A stretch of DNA of 64,000 nucleotides from positions 841,750 to 905,749 of the forward strand of contig JBBCJC010000001.1 of assembly GCA_037189525.1 (NCBI GenBank), given 5' to 3'. The DNA is from Gemmatimonadales bacterium. Its GTDB lineage: Bacteria; Gemmatimonadota; Gemmatimonadetes; Gemmatimonadales; GWC2-71-9. Both the position numbers and the translations under genes were made by a program. The notes below the pieces were generated by a model. The model was given only the letters and a program-made list of their open reading frames with translations, made no database searches and was not told the origin of the DNA. Positions 19,531-29,047 of this stretch are shown here, piece after piece (position 1 is the first letter of the stretch; every line of letters begins with the position of its first letter).

Positions 19531-22500
19531 TCCGCTGGGCAGCGGGCCGGCCGGCCGTCATCTGGGCGCTGGGTGCCGCGCTGATCCTCGCCGGTGGCGT
19601 GGCGTTCACCAAGCTGCCGTTGGCGACGCGCACCGCTGTCGAACTGCCGCGGCTGAGCGTCACGGCGTCGTGGTTCGGCGCATCGCCGGAACTGGTCGAG
19701 AGCTACGTCACCTCACCGATCGAAGAAGTCATCCAGGGCGTCCGTGGCGTCAAGAAAGTGTCGAGCCGGTCGGCTGACGCGACGTCATCTCTGACCGTTG
19801 AGCTGGAGCCCAAGACCGACGTTACGCTGGCTCGTCTCGAGATCAACGAGCGGCTCGAACTGTTACGGAGCCGTTTTCCAATCGGCGTCGTCGGTCCCTC
19901 GGTTGCGAACTATGCCCCGGAGGAGCTCGAAGAGCAGCCGCTCCTCACTTACTCGATCATCGGACCGTACACCGCCGGTACGCTCACCAAGATCACCCGC
20001 GATCAGGTGATTCCGCGGATTACCGCCGTTCCGGGCGTGGCCGGCGTCGAATTGTCCGGAACGGCCGAGCCCGGAGTTGCGGTGGTGTACGAGCCGCTCC
20101 GTCTCCGGCAGCTGGGCATCAACCCGACGCTGCTCCGCCAGGCGATTGCCAGCGCGCGGGCGGTAGAGGCACTCGGCCGCGAGCGCCGCGGGGCCAATGT
20201 GGTGACCGTCGCGCTCCGCGACCAGCCGCGCGCGCTGGAGGATCTCGGGCAACTGGTGGTCCGAGCACCGAGCGGGCGGGTTTTTCGTCTGGATGAGATT
20301 GCCACGATCCGGCCGGACGAAGACAACCGCGGAGCTTTTGCGCGCATCAACGGGGTTCCGACCGTGACGCTGCAGTTGTCGCGCCTGGCAGGGGCGGACG
20401 CCATCCGGACCGCGGCCACGATCAAAACGACGATGGAGGAGATTCGGCGTATCCTCCCGGAGGGCGTCACCTTTCGCATCGAGAATGACGAGAGCCAGGA
20501 CCTCCAGGATCAGCTCAACGACCTGCTGCTCCGGGGCGCCATCGCCTTTGCCGCGGTGATGCTGGTGCTCGCGGTGATGCTGCGCAACTTCACTTCGGTC
20601 TGGCTGGTGATGGGCAGCGCCGCCGTTGCCATCGCGGGCACGGCGCTCGGTCTCTACATCCTCGACATTCCGGCCAATCTGCTCACGCTGGCCGGGCTCG
20701 CCATGGGCATCGGCGTACTGGTACAGAACGGGCTCGTCGTGGTGGAGCGTCTCCGCCACGCTCCGGATACGCCGGAGGGACGCGCCGAGGCCGGGCGAAG
20801 GATCACGCCGGCGGTGATCGGCGCGAGCCTGACGACAGCGGTGGTCCTGCTGCCGTTCCTCTACCTGCAGGGGAACGCCCGCGCCGCCTTCCTGCCGTTT
20901 GCCGCGGCCTTCCTGCTGGCGCTCGCCTGGTCGGTCGTGAGCGCCATCGTCATGATCCCCGCGGTAGGCTCCGGCCACGGGATGCAGCGCACGACCTATC
21001 GCCGCACCGTGCGCTGGTATACCCGGAGCGTGATCGGCACGGTGCGCTGGCGTCCGATTACCATCGTCCTGGCGCTGACTGCGCTCGGTACGCTGACCTG
21101 GGGCTTCATCAAGCAGGTACCGAAGAGTTCGTTCGGCAACTGGTACGGCCAGCGCTCCGAACTGTTCGTCGGGATCACCTTCCCTCACGGCTCCGATCCG
21201 CAAAGCGTCGACCGCGCTATGCGGGAGTTCGAACGGATTGCGGTTGGCCGGCACGGTGTCGACCGGGTCGAGGCCGTCGGATTTCCGATGTTCGGGCGCC
21301 TTCGCGTCACCTTCACGCGAGATGAGAGCTACGGCATCATCCCGGCGCTGATGGAAGAAGAGATGACCCAGCGGGCCGTCTTCATCGGCGGCGCATCGAT
21401 CAGTGTGCGCGGCCGAGGACCGGGCTTCTTCAGCGGCGGCGGGGGCTCGTCGGTGGCGTTCCGTATCAAGCTGCTGGGCTATTCCTTCTCGGGCGTCGAG
21501 CAACTGGCGCGCGACCTGCAGACCCGGCTCGAGCGGATTCCCCGGGTACGCGACGTCAACATCAACGCCGGCACCTTCTTCCGCGCCGAGCGGGCGGTGA
21601 GTGTCACGCTCGAACCCGATCGCCCTGCCCTGGCCCGTTCCGGCATGACGGCCACGGAGTTCCGCCAGGCCGTTGCCCGGGAAGTCCAGGGCGCCAGCGG
21701 CGGAGACCGCCTGGAGCTTGGCGGCGATGAGGTCACCGTCAACGTCAAAGCGCGTGGCGCACAGGAACGGGCGCTCGACGAACTCCGCGATGCAATCGTG
21801 CCAAACGATACCCGGTCCCCGGTGCGCATCGGCGACCTCTCACTCGTCTCGGAGCGCGAGGGGTTGAGCGCGATCAACCGCGAAGACCAGCAGTATGTCC
21901 GGATCGTGAGTTACGATTTCCGCGGCCCGCCCCGCCTGGCGCAGCGGACCCACGAGTCGTTCATGAACTCGATCAGCGTTCCCGCCGGATACACGGTCGA
22001 CGACGAGCGGTTCGAATGGGCTGAAGACGACAGTACCAAGGGTCTCTGGCTCGTATTGGCACTCGGCCTCACGCTGGTGGTGCTGTCGGTGGCGTTCGTG
22101 TTCAATTCGACCTGGGCCGCGTTGCTGGTCTTTGCGAGTCTGCCGCTGGCGTTAGGCGGTGTGGCTGCCATCTTCTGGGCCACCGGAACGGCATTCGGGC
22201 GCGAGGCGGCGGTGGGTGTCATCCTGGTGATCGGTCTGGCGACCAACCAGGCCATTCTCCTGATCGACGGCGCCCTGGAACGCCGCGATCGCGCCAAGAC
22301 AGCCGGACGACGGCTCAGCGCCGCCGATATCGTCTACGCCGCTCGCGACCGCTCGGCCATGATCATGCTGGTGACCCTGACGACGATGGCAAGCCTGATC
22401 CCGCTGGCCGTCGGGACCGAGGTCGATAGCCTGTTCGGATCGATTGCGCTGGCCACGGCGGGAGGAACGATCACGGGCACGATCGGCGCGCTCTGGATCC

Positions 22501-22610
22501 TGCCGGCCATGCTGCTTGGCAAGCGGACATCCCCGAAACGGCGCAAGCAGAAGAAGGGGAAGCCCACCGATGTCGCGCCCGCGCCCCGGATGGAAGGAGG
22601 GTCGGCATGA
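19527..22610 (+). CDS. RND efflux permease subunit B (divergent)
   Basis: ATG at 19527 overlaps the upstream stop. GASPELVESYVTSPIEE. TM4 reads GVLVQNGLVVVE. Confidence 0.88.
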   Translation: MIRWAAGRPAVIWALGAALILAGGVAFTKLPLATRTAVELPRLSVTASWFGASPELVESYVTSPIEEVIQGVRGVKKVSSRSADATSSLTVELEPKTDVTLARLEINERLELLRSRFPIGVVGPSVANYAPEELEEQPLLTYSIIGPYTAGTLTKITRDQVIPRITAVPGVAGVELSGTAEPGVAVVYEPLRLRQLGINPTLLRQAIASARAVEALGRERRGANVVTVALRDQPRALEDLGQLVVRAPSGRVFRLDEIATIRPDEDNRGAFARINGVPTVTLQLSRLAGADAIRTAATIKTTMEEIRRILPEGVTFRIENDESQDLQDQLNDLLLRGAIAFAAVMLVLAVMLRNFTSVWLVMGSAAVAIAGTALGLYILDIPANLLTLAGLAMGIGVLVQNGLVVVERLRHAPDTPEGRAEAGRRITPAVIGASLTTAVVLLPFLYLQGNARAAFLPFAAAFLLALAWSVVSAIVMIPAVGSGHGMQRTTYRRTVRWYTRSVIGTVRWRPITIVLALTALGTLTWGFIKQVPKSSFGNWYGQRSELFVGITFPHGSDPQSVDRAMREFERIAVGRHGVDRVEAVGFPMFGRLRVTFTRDESYGIIPALMEEEMTQRAVFIGGASISVRGRGPGFFSGGGGSSVAFRIKLLGYSFSGVEQLARDLQTRLERIPRVRDVNINAGTFFRAERAVSVTLEPDRPALARSGMTATEFRQAVAREVQGASGGDRLELGGDEVTVNVKARGAQERALDELRDAIVPNDTRSPVRIGDLSLVSEREGLSAINREDQQYVRIVSYDFRGPPRLAQRTHESFMNSISVPAGYTVDDERFEWAEDDSTKGLWLVLALGLTLVVLSVAFVFNSTWAALLVFASLPLALGGVAAIFWATGTAFGREAAVGVILVIGLATNQAILLIDGALERRDRAKTAGRRLSAADIVYAARDRSAMIMLVTLTTMASLIPLAVGTEVDSLFGSIALATAGGTITGTIGALWILPAMLLGKRTSPKRRKQKKGKPTDVAPAPRMEGGSA

Positions 22611-22817
22611 GATGTCATGCCGACCCGAAGAGGTACTGCAGAGAAGTGGCAGGTCCGGCTAGTCGCCGGAGGCAGTGCGGTATCCAACCATTACACCGTT
22701 GACGTAGTCGGCTTCGAGCACTCCATCACGCCAGCGGTACTTCTTCGTCGTCATCGGCCCGGCCGTGCTCCTCGTCGGTCGGGCATAGCGTATTCCATGC
22801 CCCGCTACATCTCAGTT

Positions 22818-25091
22818 TTAGTTCCAGGGCAACGGCCGCTGCTCGAAGACGATCGACGCCGCGGTGTTTCGGACCGCCGGAGCGGTCGTCGCATCGTTGC
22901 CAAGCTGGCCCACATCATTGCGGCCCCAGCAGTAGGTGGTCAGGCGATCGCGTGAGATCGCGCAAGTATGCGCGCCGCTCCCGGTCCCGATACCTGCGGC
23001 CGCCACTTCCTTCAGCTTGAGCGTCTCAACCGCCCTGACCGGCAGGCTCGATCCGTTGGCCATCGGGTTGCCGAGCTGGCCGCTGGTATTGGTGCCCCAG
23101 CAGTACGCGTCGCCCATGGTCGTCACGCCGCAGGAGTGGTTGGCGCCCGACGAGATCATCTCGAAAATGTGTCCCCCAGCGACGGCTTGCGGACTCGAGT
23201 ACTCGGTGCCGTTGCCGATGCCCAGCTTGCCGCTGTTGCTGCCCCAGCAGTAGCCGGCGCCGCCGGTCGTTACCGCGCAGGTGAACTGATTACCCAGGTC
23301 GACCGATGCGAAGGCATGCCCGCCGACGACCAGGTTGGGAAGCGCGATGAAGGTGTTACCGAAGCTGATCTTGCCGCCATCGCCGAGCTGGCCGATGCTG
23401 TTGGCGCCCCAGCAGTAGGTCGAACCCGAGGTGGCGACACCGCAGACCGCGCCGGACCCGGCAGCAATCGACCGGAAGGTGAGGCTCGTCGCTACGGCAA
23501 CCGGTACACTCGACGCCGTGCTGTTCCCGGTGCCGAGCTGGCGCCAATCATTGTGCCCCCAGCAGAAGGCCTTGCCCGCGGCGTCGATGGCGCAGGAGTG
23601 ATCGCTCCCGGTCGCGATGTCGACGAACAGGTGTCCGCCTTCGACCCGGAGCGGGATGTAGCTGCCGCTGACGATCGAGCCGGCGCCGAGCTGGCCCCAT
23701 GCGTTGGTGCCCCAGCAGAAGGCTTCGCCGTCGATCGTGATGCCGCAGCTGGTACGTGCGTAGGTCGAGATCTTGGCGTACTTGCGTCCGCCCGGCAGCT
23801 GGATCGGCCGGCTGCTGAACTCGTTCTCCCCCAGCGCCGGGCTGCCGATCCGGCCCTGGTCGCCATTCAGACCCCAGCACCAGACGATGCCGCCGCTGGC
23901 GATATTGCAGGCGTGCATGGTGCCGACCGCCACCGAGTAGTACTTGATCACAATGACGCGAGTGGCCGTCGCAACGATGCCTTCGCTGGTGGCCGTGACC
24001 GTCACGGTACCGCGATCGCGACCCAGGATCGTCCACTGCTGCGCGCCGGGCCCGGTGATCTGGGCGGATGCGATGGCAGGATCGGACGAGGTCCAGGTAA
24101 CCTCACGACCCGTCAGCACTCGGCCTTTGGCATCCCGCAACACGGCCACCAGGTTCGGCTGGGTCCACGCTTCGACCGTATCGAGCGCGTGCTGAATGGT
24201 CACCGTCGCCACCGGCGCGATCACCGTCACGGCCACGTTGTCGCTCTTGCCTGCCGAGGTGGCGGAAATCGTCGCAGTACCCGATTCCACGGCGGTCACG
24301 AGACCGGTGGCGGCATCGACCGTCGCGACGGCCGGGTTGCTGCTGGCCCACGTCATGGCCGATCCGGCAATCGGGACGCCGCGGTCATCGCGGGCCACAG
24401 CCGTAAACGTCGTATCGGCGCCGAGCTTGAGCGTCAACGCATCGGCCGCGATGTCGACCGCGGCAACCGCGCGCGGCACGACCGTCACGGTCGTCGTCGC
24501 CGTCTTCCCTTCGACCTGGGCCGTAATGGTCGCTTCGCCGAGCGCGAGCGCCGTCACGACGCCGGTTTCGGCCTGCACCCGCACCGTTGTCGGTGCGCTG
24601 CTGCTCCAGCTTACCGGCCGGTCGAGCACGGTCCCGTTTGCCGCCGTCACGACGGACACGAGTGCGCTGTCCCGGCTGTGCTGAAGGGTGAGCACAGCTG
24701 GCGTAATGGTGACAGCCGCGACGGGCACATTGCTCACGTTGATGGCCATGCTGGCCGTCTTGCCCTCCGACGTGGCCGTGATCGTGGCGTTACCAGGCGC
24801 CACGCCGTTGACCATTCCGGCGGCGGACACCGTGGCCACCGCGGAGGAGGAGGTCGACCACACAACGATCCGGCCCGTCAGCAGCTGCCCGTCGGCGCCG
24901 CGCGTTGCGGCCGTGAACTGGGCAGCCTGCCCCACCAGCAGGTCGGATGCGCCTGCTACATCGACCTGCGCAACCGGCGCCGGCGCCGGCGGCGGCGGAG
25001 GATTCGGAGTCGGGTTGGTGCCGCTCTCGCCGCAGGCGGCGAGCACCAGGGCGAGCACACCGGCTCGCCACGAACGATGCAGAGTAGACAT
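22818..25091 (-). CDS. Lipoprotein with four Big_2 Ig-like repeats and an RCC1/BLIP-II-like propeller
   Basis: Lipobox LAAC, Pro linker, repeats W.SS..AVATV, then HSCA...G.AYCWG.N..GQLG repeats. Confidence 0.9.
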   Translation of the reverse strand: MSTLHRSWRAGVLALVLAACGESGTNPTPNPPPPPAPAPVAQVDVAGASDLLVGQAAQFTAATRGADGQLLTGRIVVWSTSSSAVATVSAAGMVNGVAPGNATITATSEGKTASMAINVSNVPVAAVTITPAVLTLQHSRDSALVSVVTAANGTVLDRPVSWSSSAPTTVRVQAETGVVTALALGEATITAQVEGKTATTTVTVVPRAVAAVDIAADALTLKLGADTTFTAVARDDRGVPIAGSAMTWASSNPAVATVDAATGLVTAVESGTATISATSAGKSDNVAVTVIAPVATVTIQHALDTVEAWTQPNLVAVLRDAKGRVLTGREVTWTSSDPAIASAQITGPGAQQWTILGRDRGTVTVTATSEGIVATATRVIVIKYYSVAVGTMHACNIASGGIVWCWGLNGDQGRIGSPALGENEFSSRPIQLPGGRKYAKISTYARTSCGITIDGEAFCWGTNAWGQLGAGSIVSGSYIPLRVEGGHLFVDIATGSDHSCAIDAAGKAFCWGHNDWRQLGTGNSTASSVPVAVATSLTFRSIAAGSGAVCGVATSGSTYCWGANSIGQLGDGGKISFGNTFIALPNLVVGGHAFASVDLGNQFTCAVTTGGAGYCWGSNSGKLGIGNGTEYSSPQAVAGGHIFEMISSGANHSCGVTTMGDAYCWGTNTSGQLGNPMANGSSLPVRAVETLKLKEVAAAGIGTGSGAHTCAISRDRLTTYCWGRNDVGQLGNDATTAPAVRNTAASIVFEQRPLPWN

Positions 25092-25123
25092 GATTCCGGT
25101 TCCTTGACCAGAGTGTGATGAAG

Positions 25124-25900
25124 TCAGTTGCGGTGAACGAGGTTGACCAGGGCGATCTCATATCGCCGGGTTGCCTCGATGTAACGAACGGCGTAAGCCT
25201 TCGGATACGGCCCGGACGGGGTGTACCGTTGCGCCGTCGGAATCTCGAAGACGGCGTTAGGCTTGGTTTCCAGAAATGCTTTGGTGATCATCGGCTCGAC
25301 GAAGATCATCTTCCCGTCATACGAGCCGTAGATGAAGGTCCGCGAGAAGATCTGGCCGTTGAGCTCGGGCGACGTCGGATCGACCCAGTGCACACCCATC
25401 ATCGGCACCGCCGCCGGGTCGGGCGCGATGTAGCCGGCCGGAATGAACTCGGCGGTGGGGAAATTGGCCGCCTTGGTGGCAAAGGCCGGATCGCTGGGCA
25501 GAATCTGCTTCCGCTCCGCATCCGGGATAGTGTAGAAATGGAAGTCGAAGTGCGACCGGTTATAGATACCGTCCGGCTCGTGGCCGAAGGCGTTCCAGTC
25601 GACCGTGACGTGCTTGAACGGCGTCGGATGGTTCGCCGGCATGGCGAGGACGTACTCGTACATGCCGTGCCCGTCGCTGGGAAGACCGTTCAGCGCGGAC
25701 TCCGTCAGCTCGATCCCGATCTCGACCGCCTCGTCATTGTCGAGCGTGACATAGGTACGCGCCGTGCCCTGGCCGATGGACACTTCGGGACCGAACCGCC
25801 GCGCGTCACGAACGCCATCGGTGGGACCATCGCTGCAGCCGACCAGCGCGGCCGACAACACCAACATCATTGCCTGAGAAACTCGACCAACGTTCGACAT
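25124..25900 (-). CDS. DUF5602/TTHB210-like lipoprotein
   Basis: Lipobox LVGC. Motifs DWNAFGHEPDGIY..HFDFHFY, VPMMGVHW, FIYGSYDGKMIFVEPMIT. Confidence 0.78.
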   Translation of the reverse strand: MSNVGRVSQAMMLVLSAALVGCSDGPTDGVRDARRFGPEVSIGQGTARTYVTLDNDEAVEIGIELTESALNGLPSDGHGMYEYVLAMPANHPTPFKHVTVDWNAFGHEPDGIYNRSHFDFHFYTIPDAERKQILPSDPAFATKAANFPTAEFIPAGYIAPDPAAVPMMGVHWVDPTSPELNGQIFSRTFIYGSYDGKMIFVEPMITKAFLETKPNAVFEIPTAQRYTPSGPYPKAYAVRYIEATRRYEIALVNLVHRN

Positions 25901-25943
25901 GGGACGGCTCCTGATTTTCGTTGACATCGCTTTGGACGATGCC

Positions 25944-25977
25944 AACCTAGGAGGCCGACCTTACCGCACGATTACCG
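25944..25977 (-). promoter_or_regulatory. Direct-repeat activator site plus -10 box upstream of the DUF5602-RCC1 operon
   Basis: Minus strand CGGTAA-N5-CGGTAA-N11-TAGGTT. Further TTAC(C/G) copies at 25995, 26015 and 26025. Confidence 0.6.
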
Positions 25978-26066
25978 GCGCCGAGCGACCGGACTTACCG
26001 GAGGATGGCTTGGATTACGGCTGCTTACGAGAACGCTTCCGTCCCGTTCCCAGGCGGAAAACGTCG

Positions 26067-26101
26067 AAGCCTCCGCACACCTGGGAGGGGTACGGAGGCT
26101 T
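26067..26101 (-). terminator. Probable intrinsic terminator after the regulator gene
   Basis: Inverted repeat AAGCCTCCG...CGGAGGCTT about 30 nt past the stop, followed by a short T run on the minus strand. Confidence 0.5.
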
Positions 26102-26133
26102 GGGCGACAAAAAAGAGCGTTACCGGCGACCGG

Positions 26134-29004
26134 TCAGACCGCCTGACCTGCCTGGATCCGGCGATACAGCTCGGTCGTTTCATCATCAGGCTCGGTCTCG
26201 AGTTCACGCTCGACCAATGCCGTCAGTTCCTGATACAGCCGCACCGCCTGCGAGCGCGCGCCGCGGCGGGCGTGCGCCGTCATCCGCAGCCGCCAGGCCG
26301 CCTCATGCAACCCATCCCGCTCGAGCAGGCGGAGGCAACTCGCCTCGACCTCCTGATACCGTTCCCGCTGGAGGAGCCACTCGGCGTATCGCAAAGCGCC
26401 GTCGACGAACAATCGTTCGATCCGATCCCGATCTTCGAGCGCCCAATCGCCGACCGACTCCCCTTCGAGGAAGGGACCGCGATAGAGGGCCAGCGCATTC
26501 TCGAGGAGCGCCGGCGCATCGGTTGCGGACCGGCGCGCCGCGGTGAGCGCCGACGACATCTGACGATCGAAGCTCGCCGCATCGAACTCGACATCGAGCG
26601 ACGGCGCCAGCCGATACCGCTCCTCGATACTGACGATCCGATCGGTGCCGCCCAACGCTTTGCGAAGGCGGTGCAAGGTGACATGGAAGGCATTGCGAAG
26701 CTGCGCCGATGACGCCTCGGGCCAGAGCGCCGCACCGACCTGCTCCTTGGTCAAGCCGCGAGGATTGGTGAGCAGCAGCAACAGCAGTTCCCGGGCCCGG
26801 GCAGAGCCCCAGGCCGCCGGGTCGATCGGCTCCCCATGCAACCGGACCTCGAGGCGCCCCAGCGCGTGCACTACGAGCGGCGTGGGCGGCGCAACGGGAG
26901 GCTGCACTTCGGTAAAGACCGGCTCGACGGCAGCCGCCCTGGGCAGCATGTCCGCGGCAACCGCTTGCTGCGCGAGGGCTACGGCGGTTTCCGTCGACAG
27001 CGCCCGCCCCTCGGCCCACAGCGCAGCCAGGCGATCGCCGACGGTGGGCAGGATCGCGGCAACCGTGCGGTCGCGCAGGTCGGTTTCCTTGGGCCACATC
27101 GGATAGACCATGCGCTCACGGCCCGCCTCCGCCGCGCCGAACAGGCGGGCAGCCAACTCGGCGTGGGCCCCGACGAGACAGGCCGCCACCCCCTCGATCC
27201 CCTTGGTAATGCCCCATCCGTCGCTGATGGCCCAATGCAGAGCAAGCGATTTGCGGTAGAGCGGCAGTGCCTCGTCCAGTCGCCCGGCCACAGCCAAGGT
27301 AAGCGCCATACCGCTCAAGCCATGGCCGATGCCGCCCTGATGCCCGGTGTCGGTGGAATAGACGCTCTCGCGCCGGTGCCACTCGAGGGCCTGCTCCAGG
27401 TCATTCCGATGGTCGGCGCAGAGCGCGAGGAAATGACAACCGATGCCGGCCATCACGGTGCGACTGTATTGCCGCGCCATGGGCACCCCGCGCTCGAGGT
27501 CATGCACGGCGGCATCGAACTCGCCCGCGATGGTATAGGCCGCGCCGCGCATGATCAGGATGTAGGCCAGCAGCTCGCGATCTTCATCGATATCATGCGT
27601 GCTGGCGAGCGCTTCGTTCAGATAACCGAATGCCTGGTCCATCTTCGACTGCCACAACGCCAGATGACCAAAGGCTACCTGAGCCCGCACCCGCGTCACC
27701 AGCGACACCGCCGAGGGGCGTTGCAGCAGGACGGCCAGGCGCCAGATCTCCTCCGACGGGCCTCGCGACCACCAGAACCAGTGCAGCGCCCAAACCAGCC
27801 GGAAGGCGTAGCCCGGCCCCTCCTCCGATCGCAGCGACCACTCCGCCACCGCGTGGAAATTGGGCACTTCGGCCAGCAGCCGGTCGACCATTTCGCGACT
27901 GGACGGACCGCCGAAGATGGCCGGCGCCACTTCCTCCGCAATCGACAGGAAGTACTGCGCGTGGCGGCGCCGGAGGAGTTCGCTTTCGCCGGCGGCTTCG
28001 AGGTGTTCCTGCGCGTACTGGCGCACCGTCTCGAGCATCCGATAGCGCGCTTCATTGTCCGCCGACTCGAGCACGACCAGCGACTTGTCGACCAGCCCCG
28101 CCAGGAGGTCCAGGATATCGAACGAACCGAGCGGCGCCAGGCTGCCCACCACTTCCGCCGCGTCGAGCGAAAAGTCCGCCGGGAACACGGCCAGACGCCG
28201 GAGCAGGATCTGCTCCGGTTCGCTCAAGAGCGAGTGACTCCAGTCGAACGCGGCGCGCAGCGTCCGATGTCGCGGCACCGCCGTCCTGCTACCTGCGCTC
28301 AGCAATTTGAGGGCGTTGCCCAGCCGCTCGGCGATCTGCTCGATCGACAGCACCCGGACCCGGGCCGCTGCCAATTCGATGGCGAGCGGAATCCCATCGA
28401 GTCGCCGGCAAATGTCCTCGATGACGGCCCGATGCCGTTCCGCCGGCGTAAAATTCGGCACCACCCCGCGTGCCCGGCTGACGAAGAGCTCGACCGCTTC
28501 CGGCATGGCCAGCGGCGGCACCAGCCAGGCCGTTTCCGCCATCACACCAAGCGCCTCACGGCTGGTGGCGAGAACGACGAGGTTGGGACACTGGGCCAGC
28601 AGCCATTCGGTCATCTGGGCTGCGGCATCGATCAGATGTTCGCAATTGTCGAAGACGATCAGCAGCGACCGGTCGCCGACAGCCGCCGCAATCCGGCCGT
28701 AGGAGGTATCCGGCGTCTGCTCCGACATGCCCAGCGCCTGCACCACCTGCTGGACCATCTGATCGGCCTCGACCACTGCCAGGTCGATCCAGACGATCCC
28801 GTCCTGCCGGCCGGCCAGACGCATGGCGGCCTCCCGGGCGAGCCGGGTCTTCCCGCTGCCACCGGCGCCGGTGAGCGTGAGCAGGCGATTGGTACCGAGC
28901 AGCTCGTCGATGGCATCGAGCTCACGGGCGCGACCGACGAACTGGCTGAGCGGCGTCGGCGGCAGCCGCGGAGCAGGATCGGGAGACGGTGTCGGGATGG
29001 TCAT
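26134..29004 (-). CDS. STAND/NB-ARC ATPase + TPR + C-terminal OmpR-type wHTH + BTAD transcriptional regulator
   Basis: FVGRARE, Walker A GAGGSGKT, Walker B LLIVFDNCEH, LDGIPLAIELAAAR. The C-terminus is SARP-like (ALGRLEV, ALWPE..AQLRNAFHVTLHRLRKAL, ALYRGPFL, ELETEP). Start could also be 29025. Confidence 0.88.
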   Translation of the reverse strand: MTIPTPSPDPAPRLPPTPLSQFVGRARELDAIDELLGTNRLLTLTGAGGSGKTRLAREAAMRLAGRQDGIVWIDLAVVEADQMVQQVVQALGMSEQTPDTSYGRIAAAVGDRSLLIVFDNCEHLIDAAAQMTEWLLAQCPNLVVLATSREALGVMAETAWLVPPLAMPEAVELFVSRARGVVPNFTPAERHRAVIEDICRRLDGIPLAIELAAARVRVLSIEQIAERLGNALKLLSAGSRTAVPRHRTLRAAFDWSHSLLSEPEQILLRRLAVFPADFSLDAAEVVGSLAPLGSFDILDLLAGLVDKSLVVLESADNEARYRMLETVRQYAQEHLEAAGESELLRRRHAQYFLSIAEEVAPAIFGGPSSREMVDRLLAEVPNFHAVAEWSLRSEEGPGYAFRLVWALHWFWWSRGPSEEIWRLAVLLQRPSAVSLVTRVRAQVAFGHLALWQSKMDQAFGYLNEALASTHDIDEDRELLAYILIMRGAAYTIAGEFDAAVHDLERGVPMARQYSRTVMAGIGCHFLALCADHRNDLEQALEWHRRESVYSTDTGHQGGIGHGLSGMALTLAVAGRLDEALPLYRKSLALHWAISDGWGITKGIEGVAACLVGAHAELAARLFGAAEAGRERMVYPMWPKETDLRDRTVAAILPTVGDRLAALWAEGRALSTETAVALAQQAVAADMLPRAAAVEPVFTEVQPPVAPPTPLVVHALGRLEVRLHGEPIDPAAWGSARARELLLLLLTNPRGLTKEQVGAALWPEASSAQLRNAFHVTLHRLRKALGGTDRIVSIEERYRLAPSLDVEFDAASFDRQMSSALTAARRSATDAPALLENALALYRGPFLEGESVGDWALEDRDRIERLFVDGALRYAEWLLQRERYQEVEASCLRLLERDGLHEAAWRLRMTAHARRGARSQAVRLYQELTALVERELETEPDDETTELYRRIQAGQAV

Positions 29005-29047
29005 GACAGTCGAGGCAGATAACATATCGTATGTCTCGGCCGGCCGC

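Noticed and set aside
19863..29022. Long ORFs 19863-21503(-), 22968-25118(+) and 26836-29022(+)
   Set aside because: Antisense to well-supported genes, Arg/Gly-rich non-protein-like composition
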